A stretch of 64,000 nucleotides of DNA, taken from contig JADFXT010000004.1 in assembly GCA_015233405.1 (NCBI GenBank), positions 36,470 through 100,469 on the forward strand, given 5' to 3'. Both the position numbers and the translations under genes were made by a program. This DNA is from Candidatus Omnitrophota bacterium. Its GTDB lineage: Bacteria > Omnitrophota > Gorgyraeia > Zapsychrales > Zapsychraceae. Below the pieces are notes generated by a model that saw nothing but the letters and a program-made list of their open reading frames with translations, was not told where the DNA came from and did not search any database. Every line of letters begins with the position of its first letter. Position 1 is the stretch's first letter. This document shows, in pieces, positions 9,749 through 18,966 of this stretch.

Positions 9749-9889
9749 AAAAACTCCAGGGGGTTTAAAAATGAATCATTATGAATATAACAAACTCTCA
9801 ACTCTTATACAAGAATAAAACAATCTTTTTTAAGGATCAAACAGGCGAGGAGACAAAACGAAAAGCATTTTAAAGACCGTCGAGCTTAA

Positions 9890-9933
9890 ACAAAAAATAA
9901 AAAAATCAGCCGAAAATTCTCTTTCAGCTGATT
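9890..9933 (-). terminator. Rho-independent terminator after lipoprotein gene
   Basis: On the minus strand, stem AATCAGC(T)GAAA / TTTC(G)GCTGATT followed by TTTTTTTATTTTTTG. Confidence 0.6.
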
Positions 9934-9965
9934 CTCTAAATAAAACGGAATGCTTAACTTATAGA

Positions 9966-10670
9966 TTATTCAAAACGGATATCGTCTAAATAAAAAGTGC
10001 AGGATTGCGGATTAGCTCTGGCATTGGCAGACCAGCCAAACCCTCCGCTAATATAAGAAAGGTCTTTGCCTCTTAAATCGATCGTATATTCCCGCCATTG
10101 GTCGGTAAGGATCACCGGTCCTACGGTCACTTTTGACGAATCAGGATAATCTCCCAGAATTCCGCCGACAAGAAACTCTTCGATATTTTCCCCGCCCTTG
10201 TCCCCTTTGGCCCAAAAAACAAGTTTTTGAGCGCCGGTTAAATTAAACCCGCCTTTTCGATTGCCCCAGTTATTCGGAGGATTAAGCCAATAAATCCCTG
10301 CCCAGCGCTGGTCATTATTGGAACACGCGATATCATAAACAACCTTGATACATGTTTTCCCCGAATGGCAATCGAGCATCCATCCGTCCTCGAAGGACAA
10401 ACATTTGCCGTTAGGCATAAACCCGGACGGGATAAAATGATTTTCCTGAGATGTTCGGTCTCGATAAACGTAAAAAGGATTAAAATTATTTTCAGGAATG
10501 ATTTTCTGGTCGGAATCGGCGACGGCTGAATCTGCCGCAGGCTGTTCTTGAGCTTGAGCCGCTACTGGCTTGGCATTATTAACAACAGCAGCTTCTTCCT
10601 TCACAGATGACTGGCCGCATCCAAAACAAAAACAAACGGCCATTAAAAGAAAAATATTTTTCATGTTCAT
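9966..10670 (-). CDS. Lipoprotein with carbohydrate-binding-module-like beta-sandwich domain
   Basis: 234 aa. Signal peptide with lipobox-like FCFGC, a low-complexity A/Q linker, then a W/G/N-rich domain (AGIYWLNPPNNWGNRKGGFNLTGAQKLVFWAKGDKGGE...FYLDDIRFE) resembling CBM/CIA30-type modules. The family assignment is tentative. Confidence 0.6.
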   Translation of the reverse strand: MNMKNIFLLMAVCFCFGCGQSSVKEEAAVVNNAKPVAAQAQEQPAADSAVADSDQKIIPENNFNPFYVYRDRTSQENHFIPSGFMPNGKCLSFEDGWMLDCHSGKTCIKVVYDIACSNNDQRWAGIYWLNPPNNWGNRKGGFNLTGAQKLVFWAKGDKGGENIEEFLVGGILGDYPDSSKVTVGPVILTDQWREYTIDLRGKDLSYISGGFGWSANARANPQSCTFYLDDIRFE

Positions 10671-10883
10671 AGAAGATTATAATACACAGAATTTTTTAAG
10701 AATCAACCCGAATTTTATCTAAACTGCCGAATTGCGATTAAGGAAAACAGGGCCAATCCAAACTAAAAAAACATCTTGCCGCACAAATTTTCATATTAAT
10801 CTTCTCCTCTTGATATACAGGCACGGCGGTTGAAGATTTTGAAAAAAACAGTGTTCTTCTCATAATAATCGAAGAAATAGTAT

Positions 10884-10912
10884 TTGTGCACGCTGAATTT
10901 GTTTGTTATAAT
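10884..10912 (+). promoter_or_regulatory. Candidate sigma70 promoter for GPH symporter operon
   Basis: TTGTGC - 17 nt - TATAAT, about 80 nt upstream of ATG 10992. Confidence 0.4.
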
Positions 10913-10991
10913 GCCGCATTCCTTAAAAAATCATTAATTCATATCAAAAATTATTTCCAATCCTTTTTTAATTTCAAAACGGAGGTAGTTC

Positions 10992-12731
10992 ATGGAGCAA
11001 TCACAGCACCATAAGACGGCCAGCAAAGATCGTATTCCTCTTTTCCAGAAAGTCATATACGGGATTGGGTCATTTGTTAACCAATTCGCAGGCGCTGCGA
11101 CCAATCAGTTGATCATTGTTTTGAATCTTGGTCTTGGCATGAATCCTGCTTTAGTTGGTTGGATCGGAGCCGTTCCCCGCTTTCTCGATGCCTTTTCAGA
11201 TCCCCTCATCGGCTATAGTTCAGATAACACCCGGACCCGATGGGGCCGTCGTAAGCCCTGGATATTATTTGGCGCCATTTTTTCAGGTGCCCTATTAGCT
11301 TTGATGTTCCAGCTTTATAAGGGGCATGGCGAATATTTTTATTTCTGGTGGGTTTTGGCGATTCAATGCCTCTTTGTCCTCACCTTCGCTTGCTATTCGA
11401 TTCCCTGGATCGCGCTTGGTTATGAAATGACACCCGATTATCATGAAAGAACCCGACTTCAAGCGTACGCCAGCTTTTTCGCTCAACCGGTTTGGATGCT
11501 TGCTCCCTGGATTTTTAAAATTATAAGCTCGAAAGATATCGTATTGGATTTCACGTTTAAAATATGGAAATTTACGGTTCCCTTAAATACCGGAATCAAT
11601 TTGCATACCGGGTTTACCGATATTGTTCATGGCGCGCGTGTTGTTGCGATCGTCGTCGGCATATTTATCACGGTGGGCGGAATTCTTCCGGCCATCTTTA
11701 GCAAAGAACTTTATGGTAATTTACCAAAAGCAGAAAAAGGCAAAGGGAGCGTACTGCTAGCATTTTTAAACGGCCCTAAGCTTACCGCCAAAGATTTTGG
11801 CTGGGCCGCGGTGATTTGCGCTCTTTTATCGCTGATCAATTTTGGCATCCACGTCTTTACTTGGAAAGCTTTCGATAAAATCGTATTGATCAATTACGCC
11901 TTGGCATTATTTCTCGTCCTCCTCTTAAGCGCTTTGTTAATCGTCGCGTTCTTTAAGAAACTCGGGAACGTGCCCGTCGTCAAAGACATCTTGAATAATT
12001 GTGTCACGTCTTTCCAATGTGGTCCGTTCGTTAAACTTATTGCGGTCACATTCCTGATCTTTAACGGCTTCATGCTGGCCTCTGCGTTCACGGCCTATGT
12101 TGTTTTCTTCTATTGTTTTGGCAAGCAACCAACGATGGACCTGATGTATCAAAACGGTGGGACTTTGCTCGGCTGCTTTGGAACGCTCAGTGCTATTTGC
12201 ACGGCTTTCTTCGCCATTCCTTTGACCACATGGATCTCGACAAAGCTCGGCAAACGAAAGACCTTTTTGATCACCATGTCGCTCGCCATTTTCGGGTATG
12301 TTTTAAAATGGATTGGATATAACCCGCAGTATCCTTATTTACTACTCATCGCTGCTCCATTTTTAGCGTTCCATTTGGGATCGCTCTTTACACTCGTCTG
12401 CTCCATGGTCGCCGATGTTTGCGACCTTGACGAACTGCAGACCGGAACCCGTCGAGAAGGAATGTTTAGCGGGATTTATTGGTGGATACAAAAGCTGGGA
12501 ATTGCCGGGGCATCGGTTCTCTCCGGATATCTTCTGAATTGGACCGGTTTCAAACAAGAATTAGGCCTCCACCAAGCAACACACACTTTGTTTTACATGA
12601 GGGTCTGCGACGTCGGCATTCCGATCGTGACCTCTGTCGCCGCTATTTTCATTATTATGACCTTTAAGCTCTCAGAAGATAATGCTTATGACATTCGTAG
12701 GCAGCTCGAAGAGCGACGAGGAAAAACTTAG
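10992..12731 (+). CDS. GPH-family (MelB-like) glycoside:cation symporter, with central insertion
   Basis: 579 aa. GPH signature RFLDAFSDPLIGYSSDNTRTRWGRRKPWILFG. About 100 aa longer than typical family members because of extra hydrophobic segments mid-protein. Confidence 0.8.
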   Translation: MEQSQHHKTASKDRIPLFQKVIYGIGSFVNQFAGAATNQLIIVLNLGLGMNPALVGWIGAVPRFLDAFSDPLIGYSSDNTRTRWGRRKPWILFGAIFSGALLALMFQLYKGHGEYFYFWWVLAIQCLFVLTFACYSIPWIALGYEMTPDYHERTRLQAYASFFAQPVWMLAPWIFKIISSKDIVLDFTFKIWKFTVPLNTGINLHTGFTDIVHGARVVAIVVGIFITVGGILPAIFSKELYGNLPKAEKGKGSVLLAFLNGPKLTAKDFGWAAVICALLSLINFGIHVFTWKAFDKIVLINYALALFLVLLLSALLIVAFFKKLGNVPVVKDILNNCVTSFQCGPFVKLIAVTFLIFNGFMLASAFTAYVVFFYCFGKQPTMDLMYQNGGTLLGCFGTLSAICTAFFAIPLTTWISTKLGKRKTFLITMSLAIFGYVLKWIGYNPQYPYLLLIAAPFLAFHLGSLFTLVCSMVADVCDLDELQTGTRREGMFSGIYWWIQKLGIAGASVLSGYLLNWTGFKQELGLHQATHTLFYMRVCDVGIPIVTSVAAIFIIMTFKLSEDNAYDIRRQLEERRGKT

Positions 12732-12739
12732 TAGAAAAC

Positions 12740-13681
12740 ATGACAAAACAAACGCCTAAGAAAACCAGCAATTCAAAACCAATTATTATTTTTCCCTACC
12801 GAGGGTATGAAAATAATGAACGGTGCCAGTGGTATTTCTGGTGGACCGTTGACCGGTGTAAGGAAATCGACCCTAAGCCCATTGTTATGTTACCCAGAGA
12901 TACGGTCATCCGGAACGATGCCGCTTCTTTTATCAAAGATGAAAGAACCAAAACCCTGGAGGTTGTCCAAACTTGGTCTACGGATACCTGTCAAACCTGG
13001 CTTGCGGGTTGGGGGCATGTGTTAGATAATTATCCCGACGCTGAACGCATTGTCCAAATCCCCGGTGATCTGGATTATGTCAATGAAGACGTTGAATTCT
13101 ATAACAATCTTAGCGGATTCATTAAAACAACCAATACCGACATTGCCATCGGAGACTTTGGAACCGGAGACAAATATAGCGCCAAAAGTCTCGTCGATAC
13201 GTATGGATCCTACTCCCTTTTGGCCAACTGGTTTCCGGAAATCTCCCAAAGCATCCGGTCCTTGCCGCTTCATCGATCACGATCTGAATTCTTAAACATC
13301 AAAACATCTGTTTTGCGCGAACTGATCATCCGCAACAGAAATTTCGCCTATGAACAGACGTTAAACTTCCTCATCAAGTGCTGGAATTATGACGAATCAA
13401 AATGGAGATATAATATCTCGACCTATCCTTTGGGAGTTTTGTCTGACAATAAATCTTTCAGGGACTACAGGACCTGTATTGACCAGATAGAACGAATTGA
13501 ACGAATGCTTTCTTTATTGTGGAGAGAGATCAAGGAGCCTAAAAAGAAGTCCGGCTTAAGCGACAAAATGTTCGAACAACAATACACCATATTCAGCAAT
13601 GAATATGACAAGCTCTACACGAAATCCAAGGGCATTATGGAAACAGCCCGAACCACCATACGAGCACTCCTCGGCGTATAA
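12740..13681 (+). CDS. Hypothetical cytoplasmic protein (weak GT-A glycosyltransferase-like pattern)
   Basis: 313 aa, starting 8 nt after the GPH symporter stop. IIIFPY..., IPGDLDYV (DxD-like), DIAIGDF and RSEFLNIKTSVLREL loosely recall GT2/GT-A folds. No confident family. Confidence 0.6.
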   Translation: MTKQTPKKTSNSKPIIIFPYRGYENNERCQWYFWWTVDRCKEIDPKPIVMLPRDTVIRNDAASFIKDERTKTLEVVQTWSTDTCQTWLAGWGHVLDNYPDAERIVQIPGDLDYVNEDVEFYNNLSGFIKTTNTDIAIGDFGTGDKYSAKSLVDTYGSYSLLANWFPEISQSIRSLPLHRSRSEFLNIKTSVLRELIIRNRNFAYEQTLNFLIKCWNYDESKWRYNISTYPLGVLSDNKSFRDYRTCIDQIERIERMLSLLWREIKEPKKKSGLSDKMFEQQYTIFSNEYDKLYTKSKGIMETARTTIRALLGV

Positions 13682-13723
13682 ATTACACTGAAATCCACGC
13701 CTCAAGAATTTTAACAAGACAAT

Positions 13724-13760
13724 AAAAAACCCAGATTCCTCGTCGGAAACTGGGTTTTTT
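13724..13760. terminator. Bidirectional rho-independent terminator between convergent genes
   Basis: AAAAAACCCAGATTCC-TCGTC-GGAAACTGGGTTTTTT: a 10-bp stem with 1 mismatch, an A-run on one side and a T-run on the other. Confidence 0.75.
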
Positions 13761-13782
13761 ATTTCAATCTTTAAAAATAGAA

Positions 13783-14664
13783 TTAATTGGTGCTTGCTTC
13801 AGCAGCGGCTAATGCCTGTTGCGCAACTTCTGCCGGTTTCCAGAACCATCCTTGCGGGTCCCAGCACTGGGCAAAAGAAAATTCGCTTACGAGTTTCTGA
13901 AAAGCCTCTTTAGATTCTGCAGCTTTTCCAGCTTTACGATAAGCTTCGCCTTTGATATAAAGAGCGGTTCCAACATCATTAAGCGCCCAATAGCTTTGGA
14001 TTTTATCTTTGGATTCCCAGGCATATTCCTTTAAGGATGCCTGCATTTCCTTAGCTTTGGTTGCATACATTTCTATGGTTTTATCTGTGAAAATCAAAAC
14101 TCGATCCAAATCATTTTCCGTCAAAGCCTTCCAAGCCTGGCCGACTAAATAGGACGAGGAATAATTCCCGAAATCAACCGCGACACCAGAATCCATGATC
14201 TTTACTTTGTCTTTGGCGGCTTCTGCGGGTTTCCAAAACCATCCTTGCGTGTCCCAGCATTGACCGAAAGTATATTTCTCGATCACAGTAGTATACGCTT
14301 TTTTTGCCTCATCTTTTTTATCGGCTTGCTGATATGCTTGGCCTTGAATATAATAGGCGGTTGCCACATCATTTAATGCCCAATAACTGAAAACTTTGTC
14401 TTTACTAGCATCATCGCCCACAGTATAAACCGCATAATCTTTTAATTCCACCTGCATCGCTTGGGCTTTTTCTGCGTAAAGCTCGATACATTTATTAGTG
14501 TAGGCTAAAACACCATCTAAATCCTTTGCGGCCAATGCCGCCCACGCCTTCGAAACAAGCGTTGCTGACTTGTAATCCCCGAAATCATAAGCCGAAGCTG
14601 TCCGGGGGCAAATCAACGCCACACCTGTAACGAATAGAGCTACTACTAATGCGAACTTTCTCAT
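13783..14664 (-). CDS. Secreted protein made of two tandem TPR-like modules ending in CWDxQGWFWKPAE
   Basis: 293 aa with a signal peptide (MRKFALVVALFVTGVALICPRTASA). Residues 26-163 and 164-293 are clear duplicates, also visible at DNA level. Confidence 0.8.
   Translation of the reverse strand: MRKFALVVALFVTGVALICPRTASAYDFGDYKSATLVSKAWAALAAKDLDGVLAYTNKCIELYAEKAQAMQVELKDYAVYTVGDDASKDKVFSYWALNDVATAYYIQGQAYQQADKKDEAKKAYTTVIEKYTFGQCWDTQGWFWKPAEAAKDKVKIMDSGVAVDFGNYSSSYLVGQAWKALTENDLDRVLIFTDKTIEMYATKAKEMQASLKEYAWESKDKIQSYWALNDVGTALYIKGEAYRKAGKAAESKEAFQKLVSEFSFAQCWDPQGWFWKPAEVAQQALAAAEASTN
13786..14589 (-). repeat. Intragenic tandem duplication (2 x ~131 codons)
   Basis: DNA 13828-13877 (ttctgccggtttccagaaccatccttgcgggtcccagcactgggcaaaag) versus 14221-14270 (ttctgcgggtttccaaaaccatccttgcgtgtcccagcattgaccgaaag). 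Offset is 393 nt, with roughly 85% identity over this stretch. Confidence 0.85.
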
Positions 14665-14769
14665 ACCTTTTCCTCCTATTCGTTGATTGAATTTATGTTG
14701 ATTTCCAATATAGACCCAATAAGCTTTTAAAAAGTATACACTATTTTCCCTTAAAAAACCAGGAAAGCG

Positions 14770-17178
14770 CTAAAAAAATTTTTTATTCCACATTTCTTTA
14801 TAAGCAAAATAAGAAAGCTTAAGTTGCCTTAAAAAAGGACTATGCTGACCATTCCCTTGGCCGATAAGTCCAAACCACTCTTCGAAATAATATCCCCCAG
14901 GAAACGGGCCGATAGCGTCGGACTTACGGTCATGCCGAAAAGGCTCGTAATTTTTCCACCATTCATCCAGCCATTCAAAAGCAATGCCACCTAAGGCATT
15001 CCCTACGCCCGCACGGCCGGCGATGTTATCCTCGATGTCCAACCAATTACCGCGATGATAATCCGCCTGGGTCTGTTCTGCCTGTTTTAAAGTCAACTGC
15101 GGCGCATAGGACGGACAACCGTATTCACTGATCATGGCGGGTTTGCCGCTCGCATCCATCACCTGTTCCCAGAAAGAACCAAACCCGTAATCCCCGCGAT
15201 AAACGTTAGCCGAAAAAATATCAACATCCGGACAATTCTTAGCGAAGATATCCAAATAAAGCGTATCGCCATTATTGACCGCCACGGGATGATTCGGGTC
15301 GACGCTTTTGATCCATTTTGCCACCTCATTGGCAAACTTAAAATACGCCTCGGGCTTTTTGTCCGCATTACACGCCACGCCATAATTATTCTCATTTCCC
15401 AGGACCCACAACAGGATATAAGGCTCGTCCTTAAATTCCATGACCATTTTCTGGACAGATTCCATCATTTTCTTCCTATGTTCCGGATTTTCATAATCTG
15501 TTCCTTCGCTCCAGCTGGCGCCGGAACCGATCGTATATTTCCCTAAATAATCGCCCATCACGACCCGTATGCCGTAATCCTTAAAAAGCTTTCTTAATAC
15601 TTCTTTATTCGGCGTTGTCGGAACATGGTAAAGACGTATCGCATTAACGCCCATTTCTTTCATCAGCTCAAAATCTCCGACGACCGGCTCATCCGGGTCC
15701 TGCTGATTATTACGGTTGGCATCGACCCAGGCATCATAAGGACCGTCGGGCTTACCATTATTATTCGTATCCTCTTCCATCCAATTCTTTTGGGTCCCTT
15801 TGTCCGGGCTCTGACCAACCTTCGTCGGCATGTATGTCACAGCTTTAAGGACAAACGGCTTATTATCTACAAGCATCTGCCAGTGACCGTTATCATACTG
15901 AACCAAGCGAACTTTACCCATCCCAGCTTTCTTAACGACCTTTCTTAAAGGAACACGGTCTTCCATTTGAAATTTGTCTTTGAACTGGTCGACATAATCT
16001 TTTTCGACGATGCGGCCAGGGTAAGTTACGATCACATCATTAGTGATATCATTATCAAAACCATTCTGGACTTCGATCTTCATCCATTTTGCTTTAAGTC
16101 CCAATTCCGGATGAACGCGCAGGATATGTTTAATTTTAGCAATTGCGGCCTGGGCCGGATACCACGGGGTCTGCCAATATGTCCACGCGGTCGATTTCGG
16201 AAAATGAACAATCAATGATTGATACGCCTTCAGGGCCTCATCATACATATGTGATTTCTCAAAAATAAGACCCAGATAGAAAAGCTTGACGCCCCACGTC
16301 TCAGGAGCCGTAGCCCATTTAAAATACGCAGCCTCCAGATCATAACTGTTAACAAAATCCCAGTGATTACCCTCAAGCCTACCCTGACTTTTGACAACCT
16401 TAAATCGTGGATTTTTATAGACGTCCTTGATGTTCGGATAAATACCTTCTCCCAAAGCTTTAGTAAGGCCGTCCATGTCGCTGATGGAATAATGATAATC
16501 TTCTTTCCCGACGTTCAAAAATTTTCCATATTTACTGTAATCAACGACTTTTTCAGTCCCTGGATTAGCTAATTTAGGATAAATAGGCTCGACAGCGGCG
16601 TTATCTTTTTCCTCCTCGGGCGCTTTCCCCGTTAAGACATTAATACTGTCCTGACTTTTCTCAATAACAGACCAATACCATCCCCGAGGGTCCCAGGCCT
16701 GAGCGAACTTATAATTCGCAATAATATCTTTAAACTGCTTGATCGCCTCCTCGGTCTGGCCGTTGTTCATATAAGCTTCGGCCTTGATAAAAAGGCAAGT
16801 CGCCACGTCATTGAGCGCTTGATATTGGCTTTCGGTTCCCCGAGCAGGAAACGCGGTCAATTGTTCTTCCTCGAGCTTTGCATCGTTCCCGTATACGGAA
16901 AGACATTCTGCCACGATCGACTCCAAACGGCTTAAGTCCCCGTGGCCAGAGGCTTCCCATGCCGCCTTGACAAACTCCGTCGAAGGTTTGACATTCTGAG
17001 ATGGAATACCTGTTTCAGCTGCGAGGGCAGGCTTTCCGGAAGAATTTTCTTCCGACGATGTTTCAGTGGAAACCACTGCATTCATAACGGCATTTTGTTG
17101 AGCGAAAGAGGCCCGTGAGGAAAGGCAAAACAGCCCAAACAAAAGAAAAATCAACGATTTGAAATTTTTTATAATCAT
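14770..17178 (-). CDS. Secreted clan GH-A (beta/alpha)8 glycoside hydrolase with N-terminal TPR-like module
   Basis: 802 aa with a signal peptide. Residues 66-180 are homologous to the modules of the neighbouring 293-aa protein. The C-terminal TIM-barrel has NAIRLYH, VLGNENN (acid/base Glu) and ISEYG (nucleophile Glu), typical of the GH2/GH5-type clan A. Confidence 0.8.
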   Translation of the reverse strand: MIIKNFKSLIFLLFGLFCLSSRASFAQQNAVMNAVVSTETSSEENSSGKPALAAETGIPSQNVKPSTEFVKAAWEASGHGDLSRLESIVAECLSVYGNDAKLEEEQLTAFPARGTESQYQALNDVATCLFIKAEAYMNNGQTEEAIKQFKDIIANYKFAQAWDPRGWYWSVIEKSQDSINVLTGKAPEEEKDNAAVEPIYPKLANPGTEKVVDYSKYGKFLNVGKEDYHYSISDMDGLTKALGEGIYPNIKDVYKNPRFKVVKSQGRLEGNHWDFVNSYDLEAAYFKWATAPETWGVKLFYLGLIFEKSHMYDEALKAYQSLIVHFPKSTAWTYWQTPWYPAQAAIAKIKHILRVHPELGLKAKWMKIEVQNGFDNDITNDVIVTYPGRIVEKDYVDQFKDKFQMEDRVPLRKVVKKAGMGKVRLVQYDNGHWQMLVDNKPFVLKAVTYMPTKVGQSPDKGTQKNWMEEDTNNNGKPDGPYDAWVDANRNNQQDPDEPVVGDFELMKEMGVNAIRLYHVPTTPNKEVLRKLFKDYGIRVVMGDYLGKYTIGSGASWSEGTDYENPEHRKKMMESVQKMVMEFKDEPYILLWVLGNENNYGVACNADKKPEAYFKFANEVAKWIKSVDPNHPVAVNNGDTLYLDIFAKNCPDVDIFSANVYRGDYGFGSFWEQVMDASGKPAMISEYGCPSYAPQLTLKQAEQTQADYHRGNWLDIEDNIAGRAGVGNALGGIAFEWLDEWWKNYEPFRHDRKSDAIGPFPGGYYFEEWFGLIGQGNGQHSPFLRQLKLSYFAYKEMWNKKFF

Positions 17179-17185
17179 AAAAAGT

Positions 17186-18031
17186 TTATCCTACTGTTGT
17201 GCCTGATGAAAGGCCTTTAATAATATGTTTCTGCATCGCAAGATAAATCAAAATAATGGGTACCGCAGCGATGGTCAAGCCCGCCATTAAAAGCGGATAA
17301 TCGACGCTGTGCGCCCCCTGGAAAACCATCAGGCCTCTTTGAAGAGGCATCAAGGATTTATCATTTAAAAGCAGGTTAGCTAAAATATATTCATTCCAGA
17401 CATTGAGCGAATTAAAGATCACGATGACGGCAATGGCCGGCCGCGCCAAAGGAAGGGCCACGTGCCACCAAATCCCTAACCGTCCGCATCCGTCGATACG
17501 CGCCGCGTCCTCCAAGTCCGGCGACATCTTATCGAAAAAAGTCTTAAGAAGCAAAATGCTCATCGATAGCCCGACGTTGATCATGCACAAGATATATCCG
17601 TAACGCATATTCGTCCAGCCGATCTTATTCATCAAAACGACCAACGGGACGAAACTCCCCGGGAATGGGATCATCAAAGCCGCTACAAACATGTAGAAGA
17701 AGAAATTCTTTCCCGGAAAATCCAACCGCGAAAATGCATAAGCCGCCAAAGAGGATATCAAGACTATCCCGACGACAACGCTCACCGTATAGATCACGCT
17801 GTTAAAGAAATAAACACTGAATCCCCCTTCTGTCCACGCCGTGATAAAATTCTTAAAATGAAGGACATGCGGGACGAACGATTTATCCGTGAAGACCGTC
17901 GCGTTCGTCATCAAGGCGCAGCGGACCATCCAAAAAAGCGGGAACAAACAGGACACGGTCACCGCCATGAGAAAAATATGCGTGATGATTGAATTGGATA
18001 TGCGCTGCAAAAGATATTTATTGATTTCCAT
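17186..18031 (-). CDS. Carbohydrate ABC transporter permease (MalG-like)
   Basis: 281 aa, 6 TM, with an EAA-type loop (DLEDAARIDGCGRLGIWWHVALPLARPA). Confidence 0.9.
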   Translation of the reverse strand: MEINKYLLQRISNSIITHIFLMAVTVSCLFPLFWMVRCALMTNATVFTDKSFVPHVLHFKNFITAWTEGGFSVYFFNSVIYTVSVVVGIVLISSLAAYAFSRLDFPGKNFFFYMFVAALMIPFPGSFVPLVVLMNKIGWTNMRYGYILCMINVGLSMSILLLKTFFDKMSPDLEDAARIDGCGRLGIWWHVALPLARPAIAVIVIFNSLNVWNEYILANLLLNDKSLMPLQRGLMVFQGAHSVDYPLLMAGLTIAAVPIILIYLAMQKHIIKGLSSGTTVG

Positions 18032-18037
18032 AAATTC

Positions 18038-18961
18038 TTACGCCTGTTTCATTCTGTTCGATAAAATTTTAAAAAATGCCGAGATGCCGATAAGAATCGC
18101 GCCGAACGTCACACTCATCGCGCAGGCATAACCAAAACGGTTTGTCCCGATCATGGCATCCAAAATACGCGTGACGGGCACCTCCGTGTGATATCCTAAC
18201 CCCTGACCGACCATAGATAAGATCAGAATAAAAACTTGCATGGACCCTAAAACCGTCAAGATCATGACCACCAGAAGAACAGGGACCATCATCGGGATCG
18301 TGATATGACGAAATTGGTTCCAGCTTCCCGCCCCATCCACCTTCGCGGCTTCATAAAGCTGGCCGTCGATCGTTTGTAGTCCGGCGAGAAGCATAATAAA
18401 ACCCCAACCAAACCCTTTCCAACAGTGGACAACCGCAATACAGGCAAGTGCCGTCTTAGGGTCGGATAACCAATTATGGACCAACTGCGGCCAGCCTGTC
18501 TTGACCAGCAAATAGTTCAATAAACCGATATGCTCTCCGCTCTGCATGCCGGCGTAAAGGATCCACTGCCATATCAACCCGACGACAATTTCCGATAAAA
18601 CGGGCGGAATGAAAAAGACCACCCGATAAAATTTCTTCAAACGGATCTGCCGATCACAGGCCAAGGCGAGCATAAAAGCCAGGGCATTCTGTAATGTCAA
18701 CGCGATGATCGTAATAAACCCCGCGTGCCACATGGATTGCCACCAGATCTTGTCACTAAACAATTCCTGAAAATTGGCAAACCCGACGAACGTGCGGTGA
18801 GGGCTAATGCCGTTCCACTGGTGCAGGGATAAATTAAAAATTTCATAAAAAGGATACACGTAAAAAATAGAGAACAATGTGACGGCAGGAATAATAAAAA
18901 GATAATTCTTGGAATTATCCACGAGGCGGGCGGCGAATGAATTTTTTCGGATAGCCGGCAT
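18038..18961 (-). CDS. Carbohydrate ABC transporter permease (MalF-like)
   Basis: 307 aa with an EAA loop (LYEAAKVDGAGSWNQFRHITIPMMVP). Confidence 0.9.
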   Translation of the reverse strand: MPAIRKNSFAARLVDNSKNYLFIIPAVTLFSIFYVYPFYEIFNLSLHQWNGISPHRTFVGFANFQELFSDKIWWQSMWHAGFITIIALTLQNALAFMLALACDRQIRLKKFYRVVFFIPPVLSEIVVGLIWQWILYAGMQSGEHIGLLNYLLVKTGWPQLVHNWLSDPKTALACIAVVHCWKGFGWGFIMLLAGLQTIDGQLYEAAKVDGAGSWNQFRHITIPMMVPVLLVVMILTVLGSMQVFILILSMVGQGLGYHTEVPVTRILDAMIGTNRFGYACAMSVTFGAILIGISAFFKILSNRMKQA

Positions 18962-18966
18962 ATTTT

